In this document: piece by piece, positions 28,016-37,318 of the stretch
Numbering within the stretch: position 1 is the stretch's first letter
Layout: the number at the start of each line of letters is the position of its first letter
Made by a program: the position numbers and the translations under genes
Notes under the pieces: model-generated
Told to the model about the DNA's origin: nothing
The model's database searches: none
What the model saw: only the letters and a program-made list of their open reading frames with translations
From: Gemmatimonadales bacterium
Lineage (GTDB): Bacteria; Gemmatimonadota; Gemmatimonadetes; Gemmatimonadales; GWC2-71-9
Direction of reading: 5' to 3'
DNA length: 58,151 nucleotides
Assembly (NCBI GenBank): GCA_025937755.1
Contig: JAICQR010000003.1
Span: forward strand, 1-58,151

Positions 28016-28426
28016 ATGCGATTCATGCTGCTGATGATTCCGAAGGGCTACGAATCGGCTCCACCAGGCACGGTGCCGGAGGATGTCGATGGCGTAGCCC
28101 GGATGATGAAGTACAACGAGTCGCTCCATCGGGCCGGTGTGCTGCTCGCGCTCGACGGCCTGCATCCGCCCTCGATGGGGGCCAGGGTGACCTTCGAGGG
28201 CGGGAAGCCCCATGTGACCGACGGTCCCTTCGCTGAGGCGAAGGAAGTGCTCGGCGGCTATTGGGTCATCGACGTCAAGTCGAAGGAAGAGGCGGTGCAA
28301 TGGGCGATGCGCTGCCCCGGCGGCGAGAACGAGATCGTCGAAGTCCGTCAGGTGCAGGAGGTGGACGACTTCCCACCCGAGGTGCAGGCTGTGGCCTCCA
28401 GGCTGCCGGAGATGCAGGGCAGGTAA
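28016..28426 (+). CDS. YciI/DGPF family protein
   Basis: VTDGPFAEAKEVLGGYW. Confidence 0.9.
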   Translation: MRFMLLMIPKGYESAPPGTVPEDVDGVARMMKYNESLHRAGVLLALDGLHPPSMGARVTFEGGKPHVTDGPFAEAKEVLGGYWVIDVKSKEEAVQWAMRCPGGENEIVEVRQVQEVDDFPPEVQAVASRLPEMQGR

Positions 28427-28471
28427 CACCCCGGCGGCGGGTACTTGCTCCGATGGGCCGAGCAGGCATGA

Positions 28472-29749
28472 TTGATTGCCGTGACGGCAACCGACACCCA
28501 CCGGGCGATCGACGCGGTCTGGCGGATGGAATCGGCCAGGCTGATCGCCGGCCTCGCGCGCCTGGTGCGCGATGTCGGCGCGGCGGAAGACCTCGCCCAG
28601 GACGCCTTGCTTATCGCGTTGGAGAAGTGGCCCGAGTCAGGTGTGCCCGACAACCCGGGCGCCTGGCTCATGGCCACCGCCAAGCATCGCGCAATCGATT
28701 ATCACCGCCGCAACCAGCGACTCGACACCAAGCACGCCGAGTTCGGACATGAACTCGAGGTGCGTGCGGAGCTGGCTCAGCCTGATCTCGAGGCTGCCAT
28801 GGATGATGACGTGGGCGACGACCTGCTGCGGCTGATCTTTACCTCGTGTCATCCAGTGCTGGCTCCCGAAGGCCGGCTGGCACTGACCCTCCGGCTGGTG
28901 GGCGGTCTCACCACCGACGAGATTGCCCGGGCTTTCCTGGTTCCGGTCCCAACGATGGCCCAGCGAATCACCCGGGCCAAGCGTACCCTGTCCGACGCAC
29001 GCGTTCCCTTCGAAGTGCCTCGGCCCGCCGATCGCGCCGAGCGGCTGTCGTCGGTGCTGGAAGTTCTCTACCTGATCTTCAACGAGGGGTATTCGGCCAC
29101 GGCGGGCGAAGACCTGCTGCGACCGGCGCTCTGTGAGGAGGCGATGCGGCTGGCCCGCGTCCTTGCCGGGCTGGCTCCGGATGAGCCGGAGGTGCACGGT
29201 CTCCTGGCGTTGCTGGAACTCCAGGCCTCGCGGTCCAGGGCACGGGTGTCGGCCACCGGCGACCTCATCCTGCTGCTGGACCAGAACCGTGCCCTGTGGG
29301 ATCATCTGCTGATCCGGCGCGGACTGGCCGCGCTCGACCGGGCCCAGCGCCTGGGCGGAGCCAGCGGCCCCTATGCCCTGCAGGCGGCAATCGCCGCCTG
29401 CCATGCCCGCGCCAGGCGCGCCGATGAAACCGACTGGCGCCGGATTGCGTCGCTGTACGATGTGCTTGCGAATGTGGTGCCTTCTCCGGTGGTCGAACTC
29501 AACCGTGCGGTGGCGGTGGCAATGGCATTTGGTCCGCAGGAGGGCCTGGACCTGATCGAGTCCCTGGGCGCCGAGTCGGTCCTCAAGGCGTATCATCTGC
29601 TGCCCAGCGTGAGGGGCGACCTGCTGTTCAAGCTGGGTCGGTCCGACGAGGCGCGGGCCGAGTTCGAGCGGGCTGCCGGGCTGACCCGAAACGAGCGTGA
29701 GCGTGAATTCCTGCTGAGGCGGGCGAAAGAGTGCGCGATTGAGCACTGA
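28472..29749 (+). CDS. ECF sigma factor with TPR-like C-terminal extension (ECF42 group)
   Basis: AEDLAQDA, GVPDNPGAWL, DDLLRLIFTSCHP, YLIFNEGY; adjacent DGPF genes. Confidence 0.9.
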   Translation: MIAVTATDTHRAIDAVWRMESARLIAGLARLVRDVGAAEDLAQDALLIALEKWPESGVPDNPGAWLMATAKHRAIDYHRRNQRLDTKHAEFGHELEVRAELAQPDLEAAMDDDVGDDLLRLIFTSCHPVLAPEGRLALTLRLVGGLTTDEIARAFLVPVPTMAQRITRAKRTLSDARVPFEVPRPADRAERLSSVLEVLYLIFNEGYSATAGEDLLRPALCEEAMRLARVLAGLAPDEPEVHGLLALLELQASRSRARVSATGDLILLLDQNRALWDHLLIRRGLAALDRAQRLGGASGPYALQAAIAACHARARRADETDWRRIASLYDVLANVVPSPVVELNRAVAVAMAFGPQEGLDLIESLGAESVLKAYHLLPSVRGDLLFKLGRSDEARAEFERAAGLTRNEREREFLLRRAKECAIEH

Positions 29750-31178
29750 CACCCCGGCAGCGCCGGTGGCCGCGGTTGCACCCGTCGGTCCGGCGCCGCG
29801 CCGCTACGACCGGTCGATCGTCGAAGGCCCCTTGCTGCCAGCAGTCTGGAAGATTGCCTGGCCGACGATGCTCACCAACGTCATCGGGGGACTGCAGGGC
29901 ATCGTGGACCACGTGCTGGTGGGCCACCTGGTGGGATTCCAGGGCAACGCCGCCATCGGCGTGAGCATGCAGGTATGGCTGGTGGTCATCATCTTCATCA
30001 CCTCGCTCTTCACCGGGATGAGCGTGCTGGTGGCGCGGTTCGCCGGCGCGGGTGAGACCGAGAAGGTGGACCGGGTGGTCTATCAGGCCTTTCTCACCGC
30101 GGTCTTCATGTCAGTCGGAATCATGGCGCCGGTGGGCTACTTTGCCGCGCCCTGGCTGCTGGACCTGGTCAATGCCGCGCCTGCGGTGCAGGCGGAAGCA
30201 CTGCCATTCCTGCGCATCATGTTCGTGTTCAGCGGCGGGATGCTGATGTTCTTCATGCTGAGCGGCGCGCTCCGCTCCGCGGGTGACGCCCGCACCCCGA
30301 TGGTGCTGGGCATTGCCCTCACCGTGCTGAACCTCGTCTTCAACATCGTCCTGATTCAGGGACTCGGCCCCCTTCCGGCCTTCGGCACCGCCGGTGCGGC
30401 GATGGGTACCTCGCTCGCGTCGGGACTGCTGGGGTTGTATGCGCTGTGGAAGCTGCTGAGCGGGGGATGGGTGGTGTCGTTTCCGCGGGGCAAGGGTTGG
30501 GGCCCCGACTGGGGGATCATCCGCTCCTTGTTCCGGTTCGGGCTGCCCACCGGGATCCAGGGCATCGCGATGAACGTCGGCGGGGTATTCATGCTGGCGT
30601 TCATCGGGTCGGTGGCCCAGAGCGCTGCCGCCCAGGCCGCCTTCAGCGTCTCATACACCCAGCTCTTCTCGCTGATCACGTGGACGTCGGTGGGCCTGAT
30701 GGGCGCGGCGGCCGCGGTGGCGGGGCAGAATCTCGGTGCCGGCAATCCCGATCGCGCTTCCGACGCGGTGCATCTCGCCGCACGCTTCGGCATGGCGGTG
30801 GCCGCAGGGATCGGCGTGTTCTTCTTCCTGATTCCCCGTCAGTTGCTGGCGATCTTCGGCATGACCGATCCGGCGGTGGTCGAAATCGGGGTGCAGCTGC
30901 TGCGGGTGCTGAGTGTCTCGGGGATGTTCATCGCGGTGGCGCTGACCTACACCGGCGGGCTGCAGGGCACCGGCGACACCCGCAGCCCGTTGTACATCTC
31001 GATCATCTCACAGGTGCTGATCCCGCTGGGGATCTGCTTCTACATCCAGCAGACCGGACACCTCGACCCGATCGACATCTGGTATGCGATCCTGGCGGGC
31101 CACGCGACCCGCTGCGCATTGAGTGTGCTGCAGTTCCGGCGAGGGCGCTGGCGCAGCATTGCGGTGGATATCGGCTAG
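29739..31178 (+). CDS. MATE family efflux transporter
   Basis: About 12 TM; LRSAGDARTPM, LQGTGDTRSP. Confidence 0.9.
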   Translation: MSTDTPAAPVAAVAPVGPAPRRYDRSIVEGPLLPAVWKIAWPTMLTNVIGGLQGIVDHVLVGHLVGFQGNAAIGVSMQVWLVVIIFITSLFTGMSVLVARFAGAGETEKVDRVVYQAFLTAVFMSVGIMAPVGYFAAPWLLDLVNAAPAVQAEALPFLRIMFVFSGGMLMFFMLSGALRSAGDARTPMVLGIALTVLNLVFNIVLIQGLGPLPAFGTAGAAMGTSLASGLLGLYALWKLLSGGWVVSFPRGKGWGPDWGIIRSLFRFGLPTGIQGIAMNVGGVFMLAFIGSVAQSAAAQAAFSVSYTQLFSLITWTSVGLMGAAAAVAGQNLGAGNPDRASDAVHLAARFGMAVAAGIGVFFFLIPRQLLAIFGMTDPAVVEIGVQLLRVLSVSGMFIAVALTYTGGLQGTGDTRSPLYISIISQVLIPLGICFYIQQTGHLDPIDIWYAILAGHATRCALSVLQFRRGRWRSIAVDIG

Positions 31179-31203
31179 ACGGCTGGGCGGCTAGCCGGCT
31201 GGA
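31172..31203. repeat. Degenerate octamer repeat (CGGCTRGN)x4
   Basis: Contains the MATE stop; lies between convergent genes. Confidence 0.75.
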
Positions 31204-31210
31204 GGCCCCG

Positions 31211-32179
31211 TCAAGCCCAGAGCGGACGGGCGACAAGGATCCCGGTCGAGAGCCCGATCGCATTGACGTAGTCGGGCAGCGCGGACTGCGTCACCGCCAC
31301 GACTCCGCCCGAGAGTGGCGCGTGCAGCACCCGCAGCACGCCGTCCGCACTGCGGTACGCGAACGCCGCATGGGTCACGTCCAGCCCCGCGATGCTGGTG
31401 GCGAATGCCAGCACGTCACCAGTCTGGATCCTGCCCTGGACCTCCCCGATCTTCGCGGTCGGGACTACCATCCGCGGCGAATCGTCCAGGCTCCGCTCCA
31501 TCTCCCGGACCTTCTCCCACTCCGCTGCGCTGGCTGACGCCGGGTAGCGGTTGCCGTGCGCGCTCATGAAGCGCAGCAGCCGCCGGTCCGGCTCTCCTCC
31601 CAGTTCTGCGCCGAGGTCTTTCACCAGCCCCCGTTTCGCAGCATCCCGGATCCATTCGCTGAAATAGTGCAGTCGGGAGGCATAGCCGGCGCGGACACCT
31701 CCGCGGTAGCGCATCCGCTCGATCTCACTGCCGAAGCGCTGCCAGGTGGGCTCGCCATCAGCGGCAGCGGTCCGGGCCAGCGCCAGGCAACTCTCCACCA
31801 GCGTCACGCAGTCGAAGCTGGTGAGCGATACCTCGAGTGGTTCTGCGGCCGGGTCGCCCCCGGCCTTGATATACGCGTCGAGCGCGCCCGCCACGTACGG
31901 CGTGCCGGCGGCGAGCTCGCCCACCCGCGTGGCGGCCCGGCCGAGCGACGTTTCCGGGTCCGCCAGTCCTTCGCTGCGAAGCGTGGCGACCCAGAGTGCC
32001 AGCCGCTCGTCGTCGGTGACGGCACCCGCCGGCGGGGCCGGCGGCGGCTGGTCGGTCGCAGCCGATTCGATGGCGGCGTCCTGCCGGGCGCAGGCGGACA
32101 ACGGGAACGGGAGGGCCAGCACCGCGGCGGCAGTGGCGGCGTGACGGAGCAGGTCGCGTCTGGTTGGGAGATAGGTCAT
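31211..32179 (-). CDS. DUF1460 (NlpC/P60-like amidase), Tat lipoprotein
   Basis: TRRDLL + LSAC; GTPY, FDCVTLVE, RLHYFSEW, LDVTH. Confidence 0.85.
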   Translation of the reverse strand: MTYLPTRRDLLRHAATAAAVLALPFPLSACARQDAAIESAATDQPPPAPPAGAVTDDERLALWVATLRSEGLADPETSLGRAATRVGELAAGTPYVAGALDAYIKAGGDPAAEPLEVSLTSFDCVTLVESCLALARTAAADGEPTWQRFGSEIERMRYRGGVRAGYASRLHYFSEWIRDAAKRGLVKDLGAELGGEPDRRLLRFMSAHGNRYPASASAAEWEKVREMERSLDDSPRMVVPTAKIGEVQGRIQTGDVLAFATSIAGLDVTHAAFAYRSADGVLRVLHAPLSGGVVAVTQSALPDYVNAIGLSTGILVARPLWA

Positions 32180-32198
32180 GCGGGAAACCTCGTCCACA

Positions 32199-32341
32199 GA
32201 TGAAGTCGATGTTACTGCGATGAAACCGATGGTCCGCGATTTTCGAGCGTCATCGCGCCCAGCATGCCTTGTTAGTGATGTGGGAGGAGCACAGGATGCC
32301 GGAGGATCACCCGACTTCATCGCTTTTTCATCAACTTCATC
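32199..32341. repeat. Periodic GATG / CATC inverted arrays
   Basis: GATG at 32199, 32208, 32219, 32228; CATC at 32318, 32329, 32338; GATGAAGTCG pairs with CGACTTCATC. Confidence 0.65.
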
Positions 32342-32348
32342 GGCGGAT

Positions 32349-34496
32349 CTACATCCTGTTCAGCAGCGCCTGATATCGAGGCGAGGCATGCAGCGGCTCG
32401 AGGTCCGAATCGTGCTCGATCCATTCCCGGTGCCCGAAGCCGTTGGCCACCGCCTGCTCGAGGCAATCCAGCGCCTTCTCCGCTTCGCCCAGATTGGCAT
32501 AAACGCACGCCACGTTGTAGAGCACGCCCGAGTCATCCGGGTCGAGCGCCACGGCGCGGTTGGCGAACTCGATGGCGCGAGCCCTGTCGCCCAGCGCGGC
32601 CAGGTCGTTGGCGCCGAAGTACACGGCACGAGCATCGTCGGGATTGAGTTCGAGGTGGCGCTCGATCACGGCGAAGTTCTCGCGCCGGGTCTCGATCGCC
32701 TCCTCGTGGCGGTTGAGCGCCTGGAAGCACAACGCCTGCAGGCTGAGCGCCTGGTAATCCTCCGGCCGGGCCGCATGGGCTTCGCCAAACCGGCGGGCGG
32801 CCTCCTCCATCTTGCCCTGCTGGAAACAGGCGCGAGCGTAGAAGAGCAGGGCCTCGAAGTTCTTGGGGTCGAGCTGGATCGCGGTATCAAACTCCTGCTC
32901 CGCCGCGGTGTAGTCCTTCTTGAGCGTCAAGGCAAACCCGCGGGCGACATGCGCCTCGGCCAGGTCGGGCCCCAGTGCGAGCGCCTTGAGGCTTGCCGCC
33001 TGGGCGCCCTCGATGTTGGCCTCGGTGGCATCCCAGAGCATGTACAGGAGGCCGTTGCACATGGCGAGCGCGGCATAGGCCGCCGCGTAACCGGGATCGA
33101 TCTCGATTGCGCGATCGAACATGCGCCGAGCGAACTTGACGCCCTTCTCACGGGTCTGGTGCCAGAACTGCCGGCCGCGGAGGTAGTACTCGTAGGCCTC
33201 GATGTTGCCGGAGCGGGGACGCCCGACCGCCCTTCTCTCACCTTCGCTCAGCACTACCCGGAGCGCCTTCACGATGCTTTCGGCGATCTCGTCCTGGATG
33301 GCGAAGACGTCCTCCAGCTCCCGATCATAGCGCTCGGACCACAACTGATAGCCATTGGTGACATCCACCAACTGGGCGCTGACCCGCAGCCGGTTGCCAG
33401 CCTTGCGGACGCTGCCCTCGAGCACGGTGCCCACCTTGAGCTTCCGCCCGATCTCGCCGATGTCCTCGTTCCGGCCCTTGAAGGCGAAGGCCGACGTGCG
33501 GGACGCGACCCGGAGCGCGTCGATCCGGCTCAGCGCGGTGATGATCTCGTCCGCGATGCCGTCGGTGAAATACTCCTGGTCCCGCTGGGGACTCATGTCC
33601 GCGAACGGCAGCACCGCGATGGACTTCGCGTCAGAGCCGGACACCTGCATGGCCGTGGTCGAAAAGGCGCTCGGGGTGTTGGCCCGGCCGGGCTCAAGCG
33701 CATGGCCGAAGTCGGCAGCGGTGGGAAAGCGCTCGGCGGGCTCCTGGGCCAGCGCCCGCAGCACTGCCGACTCGGTGGCTTCGGGCAGGCCCGGCCGGAC
33801 TCGCCGAAGCGATGGCGGCGGCCCGCCAAAGCGCTTCATGATGATCGACTGGGCATTGGGGCCGGTGAACGGCGGCTCGCCGGCGATCATCTCATACAGC
33901 ATGCAGCCGAGCGAGTAGATGTCGCTTCGGCCGTCGAGATTGACCTCGCCCGACGCCTGCTCCGGGCTCATGTAGGCGGGAGTACCGATGGCCATGCCGG
34001 TCTGGGTCAGCGATTCGCTGCCCGCCTCGCTGACCGCCTTGGCGATCCCGAAGTCGGTGACGATGGCGCCGCCCTCGTGCAGCATGACGTTCTCGGGCTT
34101 GATGTCCCGGTGCACCACGCCCCGGCTGTGGGCATACCCCAGCGCGCTGGCCACTTGCCGGCCGATGGTGAGCACGTCCTCCAGCGGAAGCTGCTTTTCC
34201 CGGGCCACCCGCTGGCGCAGGGACTCGCCCTCGACGAAGGGCATGACGTAGTAGAGATGGCCCTCGGTCTCGCCCGAGTCGATGAGGGTCAGGATGTGCG
34301 GATGGCTCAGCCGGGCGGCGATCTCAATTTCGCGGAGGAAGCGCTCGGAACCCACGTTGGCGGCGAGGTGCGAATGCAGGATCTTCACGGCCACCGGGCG
34401 GCGGTGTTTCTGGTCCTCGGCGAGGTAAACCGTAGCCATGCCGCCCCGGCCGATCTCACGCTGCAGCCGGTAACGGGAGGCCAGGACGGCGTCCAC
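32349..34496 (-). CDS. Ser/Thr kinase with TolB-like (SIAVLPF) and TPR domains
   Basis: Kinase motifs; SIAVLPFADMS..EYFTDG; LEGSVRKAGNRLRVSAQL; LYNVAC. Confidence 0.92.
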   Translation of the reverse strand: MDAVLASRYRLQREIGRGGMATVYLAEDQKHRRPVAVKILHSHLAANVGSERFLREIEIAARLSHPHILTLIDSGETEGHLYYVMPFVEGESLRQRVAREKQLPLEDVLTIGRQVASALGYAHSRGVVHRDIKPENVMLHEGGAIVTDFGIAKAVSEAGSESLTQTGMAIGTPAYMSPEQASGEVNLDGRSDIYSLGCMLYEMIAGEPPFTGPNAQSIIMKRFGGPPPSLRRVRPGLPEATESAVLRALAQEPAERFPTAADFGHALEPGRANTPSAFSTTAMQVSGSDAKSIAVLPFADMSPQRDQEYFTDGIADEIITALSRIDALRVASRTSAFAFKGRNEDIGEIGRKLKVGTVLEGSVRKAGNRLRVSAQLVDVTNGYQLWSERYDRELEDVFAIQDEIAESIVKALRVVLSEGERRAVGRPRSGNIEAYEYYLRGRQFWHQTREKGVKFARRMFDRAIEIDPGYAAAYAALAMCNGLLYMLWDATEANIEGAQAASLKALALGPDLAEAHVARGFALTLKKDYTAAEQEFDTAIQLDPKNFEALLFYARACFQQGKMEEAARRFGEAHAARPEDYQALSLQALCFQALNRHEEAIETRRENFAVIERHLELNPDDARAVYFGANDLAALGDRARAIEFANRAVALDPDDSGVLYNVACVYANLGEAEKALDCLEQAVANGFGHREWIEHDSDLEPLHASPRYQALLNRM

Positions 34497-34642
34497 CCGG
34501 TCAATCGTGTCAGACAGGTCTCGTGCTCCGGAAAGGTTCCTGAACTTAGCCCGGTTTGGCGGACCCTGCCAACCGCAGCAGCAACAACAACCTCAACTGC
34601 AAGTTGCAGCTTTTGCGGTCGCTGTTTGGGTATCTTGAGGAC

Positions 34643-35644
34643 ATGGAATACAGACGACTGGGCGGTTCCGGTCTCAAGGTCTCGGCACTGTCCTTCGGCG
34701 CATGGGTAACCTTCGGCGAGCAGGTGGGCGACGACGTCGCCCGCGACCTCATGCGCACCGCACGCGAGGCGGGGGTGAACTTCTTCGACAATGCCGAGAC
34801 CTACGCCGATGGCGGGGCCGAGACGATGATGGGCCGGGTGATTCAGCAGCTGGGCTGGAAGCGCTCGGACCTGGTGCTCTCGACCAAGATCTTCTGGGGC
34901 GGCACCGGCCCCAACGACCGTGGCCTCTCCCACAAGCACATCGTGGAAGGTGCGCTCGCCGCGCTGGACCGGCTCCAGACCAGCTATGTGGATCTCATCT
35001 TCTGCCACCGCCCCGACCTTGACACCCCGATAGAAGAAACGGTCCGCGCGATGAACCATCTCATCAACCGCGGCCTGGCATTCTATTGGGGAACCAGCGA
35101 ATGGAGTGCCGATCAGATTCGTGACGCATATGGCGTCGCGCGCCGGGAGCACCTGGTGCCGCCCACGATGGAGCAGCCGCAATACAACATGTTCACCCGC
35201 GAGCGGGTGGAGAAGGAGTACGCCCGGCTCTACGACGACATCGGCCTGGGCCTCACCACGTTCAGTCCCCTGGCCAGCGGCAATCTGGCCGGCAAGTACC
35301 TCGAAGGAGTCCCCAAGGGTACCCGGCTGGATACGGCGGGATACGAGTACCTCAGGAAACAGCTGGACACGCCGCGAGGGCGCGAACGGATCGAGAAGGT
35401 GAAGCAGCTCATACCCATCGCCCATGAACTGGGAGCGAGCATGGCCCAGCTGGCGATTGCCTGGGCGGTGCGGAACCCGCGGGTGAGCACCGTGATCACC
35501 GGAGCTTCGCGCCCGGCGCAGATCACCGAGAACATGAAGGCGATGGAACTTTCAAGGAAGCTCGGCCCCGATGTGCTCGCGCGCATCGAGGCCGTGCTGG
35601 GCAACCGTCCGGCGGAACCAACAGATTTTCGACTTTCGAACTGA
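34643..35644 (+). CDS. Aldo/keto reductase (Kv-beta-like)
   Basis: MEYRRLG.SGLKVS, FFDNAETY, STKIFWG, CHRPD. Confidence 0.92.
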   Translation: MEYRRLGGSGLKVSALSFGAWVTFGEQVGDDVARDLMRTAREAGVNFFDNAETYADGGAETMMGRVIQQLGWKRSDLVLSTKIFWGGTGPNDRGLSHKHIVEGALAALDRLQTSYVDLIFCHRPDLDTPIEETVRAMNHLINRGLAFYWGTSEWSADQIRDAYGVARREHLVPPTMEQPQYNMFTRERVEKEYARLYDDIGLGLTTFSPLASGNLAGKYLEGVPKGTRLDTAGYEYLRKQLDTPRGRERIEKVKQLIPIAHELGASMAQLAIAWAVRNPRVSTVITGASRPAQITENMKAMELSRKLGPDVLARIEAVLGNRPAEPTDFRLSN

Positions 35645-35671
35645 CCGCCTTACCGCCCTACCGCCCTACCG
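35644..35671. repeat. Octamer repeat (ACCGCCYT)x3.5
   Basis: Fills the gap between two convergent stops. Confidence 0.8.
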
Positions 35672-37195
35672 CGACCACACGTTGTTCGGATGCCGCTTCT
35701 GATCCTCCGCGCGCACTTGCCGTGCGTCGCTCTCGCGTCCCGCCTTCCGCAACGCTTCCGCCAGCTGCAGCCTGACTGAGAGGTGCCAGGTGGGCGGCTC
35801 GTCGTAGATGAGCTGGTCCTCCAGCGCCACACCCTGCTTGAAGATGGCGATGGCTTTCGCGGTCTCCCCCCGCTTGAGGGCGATGTCTCCCGAAGCCGCC
35901 TGGACTGCGATGCCCAGCACAGAGCTCCAGCTGTTGAGCCCCCAGATCGTCATGCCTTCGAGCGCAGGCGACTTTGCCGCGTCGCGGAGCTTGGCGAGTT
36001 CACGCTCGGCGGAGTTGAAGTCACCCCGCGCCGAGAACGCGAGCGCCCGGGCATAATGCCGGATGGCATTGGCGTAAACCAGCTTGGCATCATAGGCCGG
36101 CGTCTCCAGCACGCCAGTCCAGCGCTGGAACCGCACCTGGGCGAAAAGCGGTGTCACCAGGTAATGCTGCAGGGCGCCCATTCCGGGCGCGAGGAGCAGG
36201 TCCCGGTTGGTGTTGGCTGCCACGTTGCCAGCCGCAGTGATCGCCGTCTCTTCCCGGCCCGCCATCGTGGCTGCAAACCACAGGAAGTGGTAGTTGTGGG
36301 GATAGTACCCCAGGCGATAGGCGCCATCCGGCGCCATGTCGGCGATGTGCTGCTCGTCCGCATGCACCGCGTGAAGGTTGTTCTCGATGGCGTCGTCGTA
36401 GCGGCCCACCCGGATGTAGATGTGCGCCGGCATGTGGACGATGTGGCCCGCCCCCGGCATCAGGAACGGCAGTCGCTCGGCGCAGGGCACGGCGCGTTCG
36501 GGTGCCACCGCTTCTACCGCATGGATGAAGTAATGGCACGCGCCCGGATGGTCGGGTGAGCGCTCGAGCACTCGCTCCAGCAACGTGAGCGCCATGCGGC
36601 CGTTGGGTCTGGGCTCGCCCGACGGGAGGTAGTAGTCCCACGGACTCAGGTTCATCAGCGCATCCGCGGCGAGCACTGCTGCGTCGTCGTCTCGCGGATA
36701 GCGCGCTGCCAGGGCAACCATCGCCTCGGCATAGGCCGTGTCGCGCTGGCGCCGCTGGGACAGTGGATCCGGTCCATAACGCAGCGCCATCGCACGGATG
36801 TACGCCTGCTCCTTCGCGCTGGCCCGGGGCGCGAGTTCGACCGCCTTCCGGATCGCGGCCCATGCCGCCACCCCGCTGGCCGAATCCATCGCCCCGTTGA
36901 TGTTGGGCCCGAAGGCGAGCGCCTCGCCCCAGCGGCACATGGCACAGCCCGGATCCCGCCGGGCGCCCTCGCGAAACGACCGGATTGCCTCGCCATGGTT
37001 GAAGCCGTAGGTGAGCCGCACCCCCTGGTCGAAGTACGCCTGCGTGGGGGCGACGCGGGTGCTGATGGCATGATGATGATTGCCGAGGTCGGCATACAGC
37101 GGCACCGAGTCGGCTGGCAACTGCACGGCGGCAGCGAGCAGAATGTGGGACGCAAGCGTCAACATGGTGGTTCTCCGTGAAGGTTCCGTCTTCAC
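35666..37195 (-). CDS. Secreted TPR-repeat protein
   Basis: Signal peptide; FDQG..L.YGFNH.EA, HPGACHYFIHAVE, GHIVHMPAHIY.RVG. Confidence 0.8.
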   Translation of the reverse strand: MKTEPSRRTTMLTLASHILLAAAVQLPADSVPLYADLGNHHHAISTRVAPTQAYFDQGVRLTYGFNHGEAIRSFREGARRDPGCAMCRWGEALAFGPNINGAMDSASGVAAWAAIRKAVELAPRASAKEQAYIRAMALRYGPDPLSQRRQRDTAYAEAMVALAARYPRDDDAAVLAADALMNLSPWDYYLPSGEPRPNGRMALTLLERVLERSPDHPGACHYFIHAVEAVAPERAVPCAERLPFLMPGAGHIVHMPAHIYIRVGRYDDAIENNLHAVHADEQHIADMAPDGAYRLGYYPHNYHFLWFAATMAGREETAITAAGNVAANTNRDLLLAPGMGALQHYLVTPLFAQVRFQRWTGVLETPAYDAKLVYANAIRHYARALAFSARGDFNSAERELAKLRDAAKSPALEGMTIWGLNSWSSVLGIAVQAASGDIALKRGETAKAIAIFKQGVALEDQLIYDEPPTWHLSVRLQLAEALRKAGRESDARQVRAEDQKRHPNNVWSR

Positions 37196-37318
37196 TGATA
37201 TATGCGCAGGTCCATGCTGCCACCCGACATGCGCCGCTGGCCCGCAGTGTGCAGGTCATCGGGCCGAAATCCGCTGTTATATTGAACCGAATCCGCAAAT
37301 CGAGAGCGTAGCGAACAC

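Noticed and set aside
34572-34619. CAA/CAG-rich imperfect hairpin between the kinase and aldo/keto reductase genes
   Set aside because: Single copy and weak pairing; no function can be supported
32178-34709. 843-aa plus-strand ORF
   Set aside because: Antisense shadow of the kinase gene
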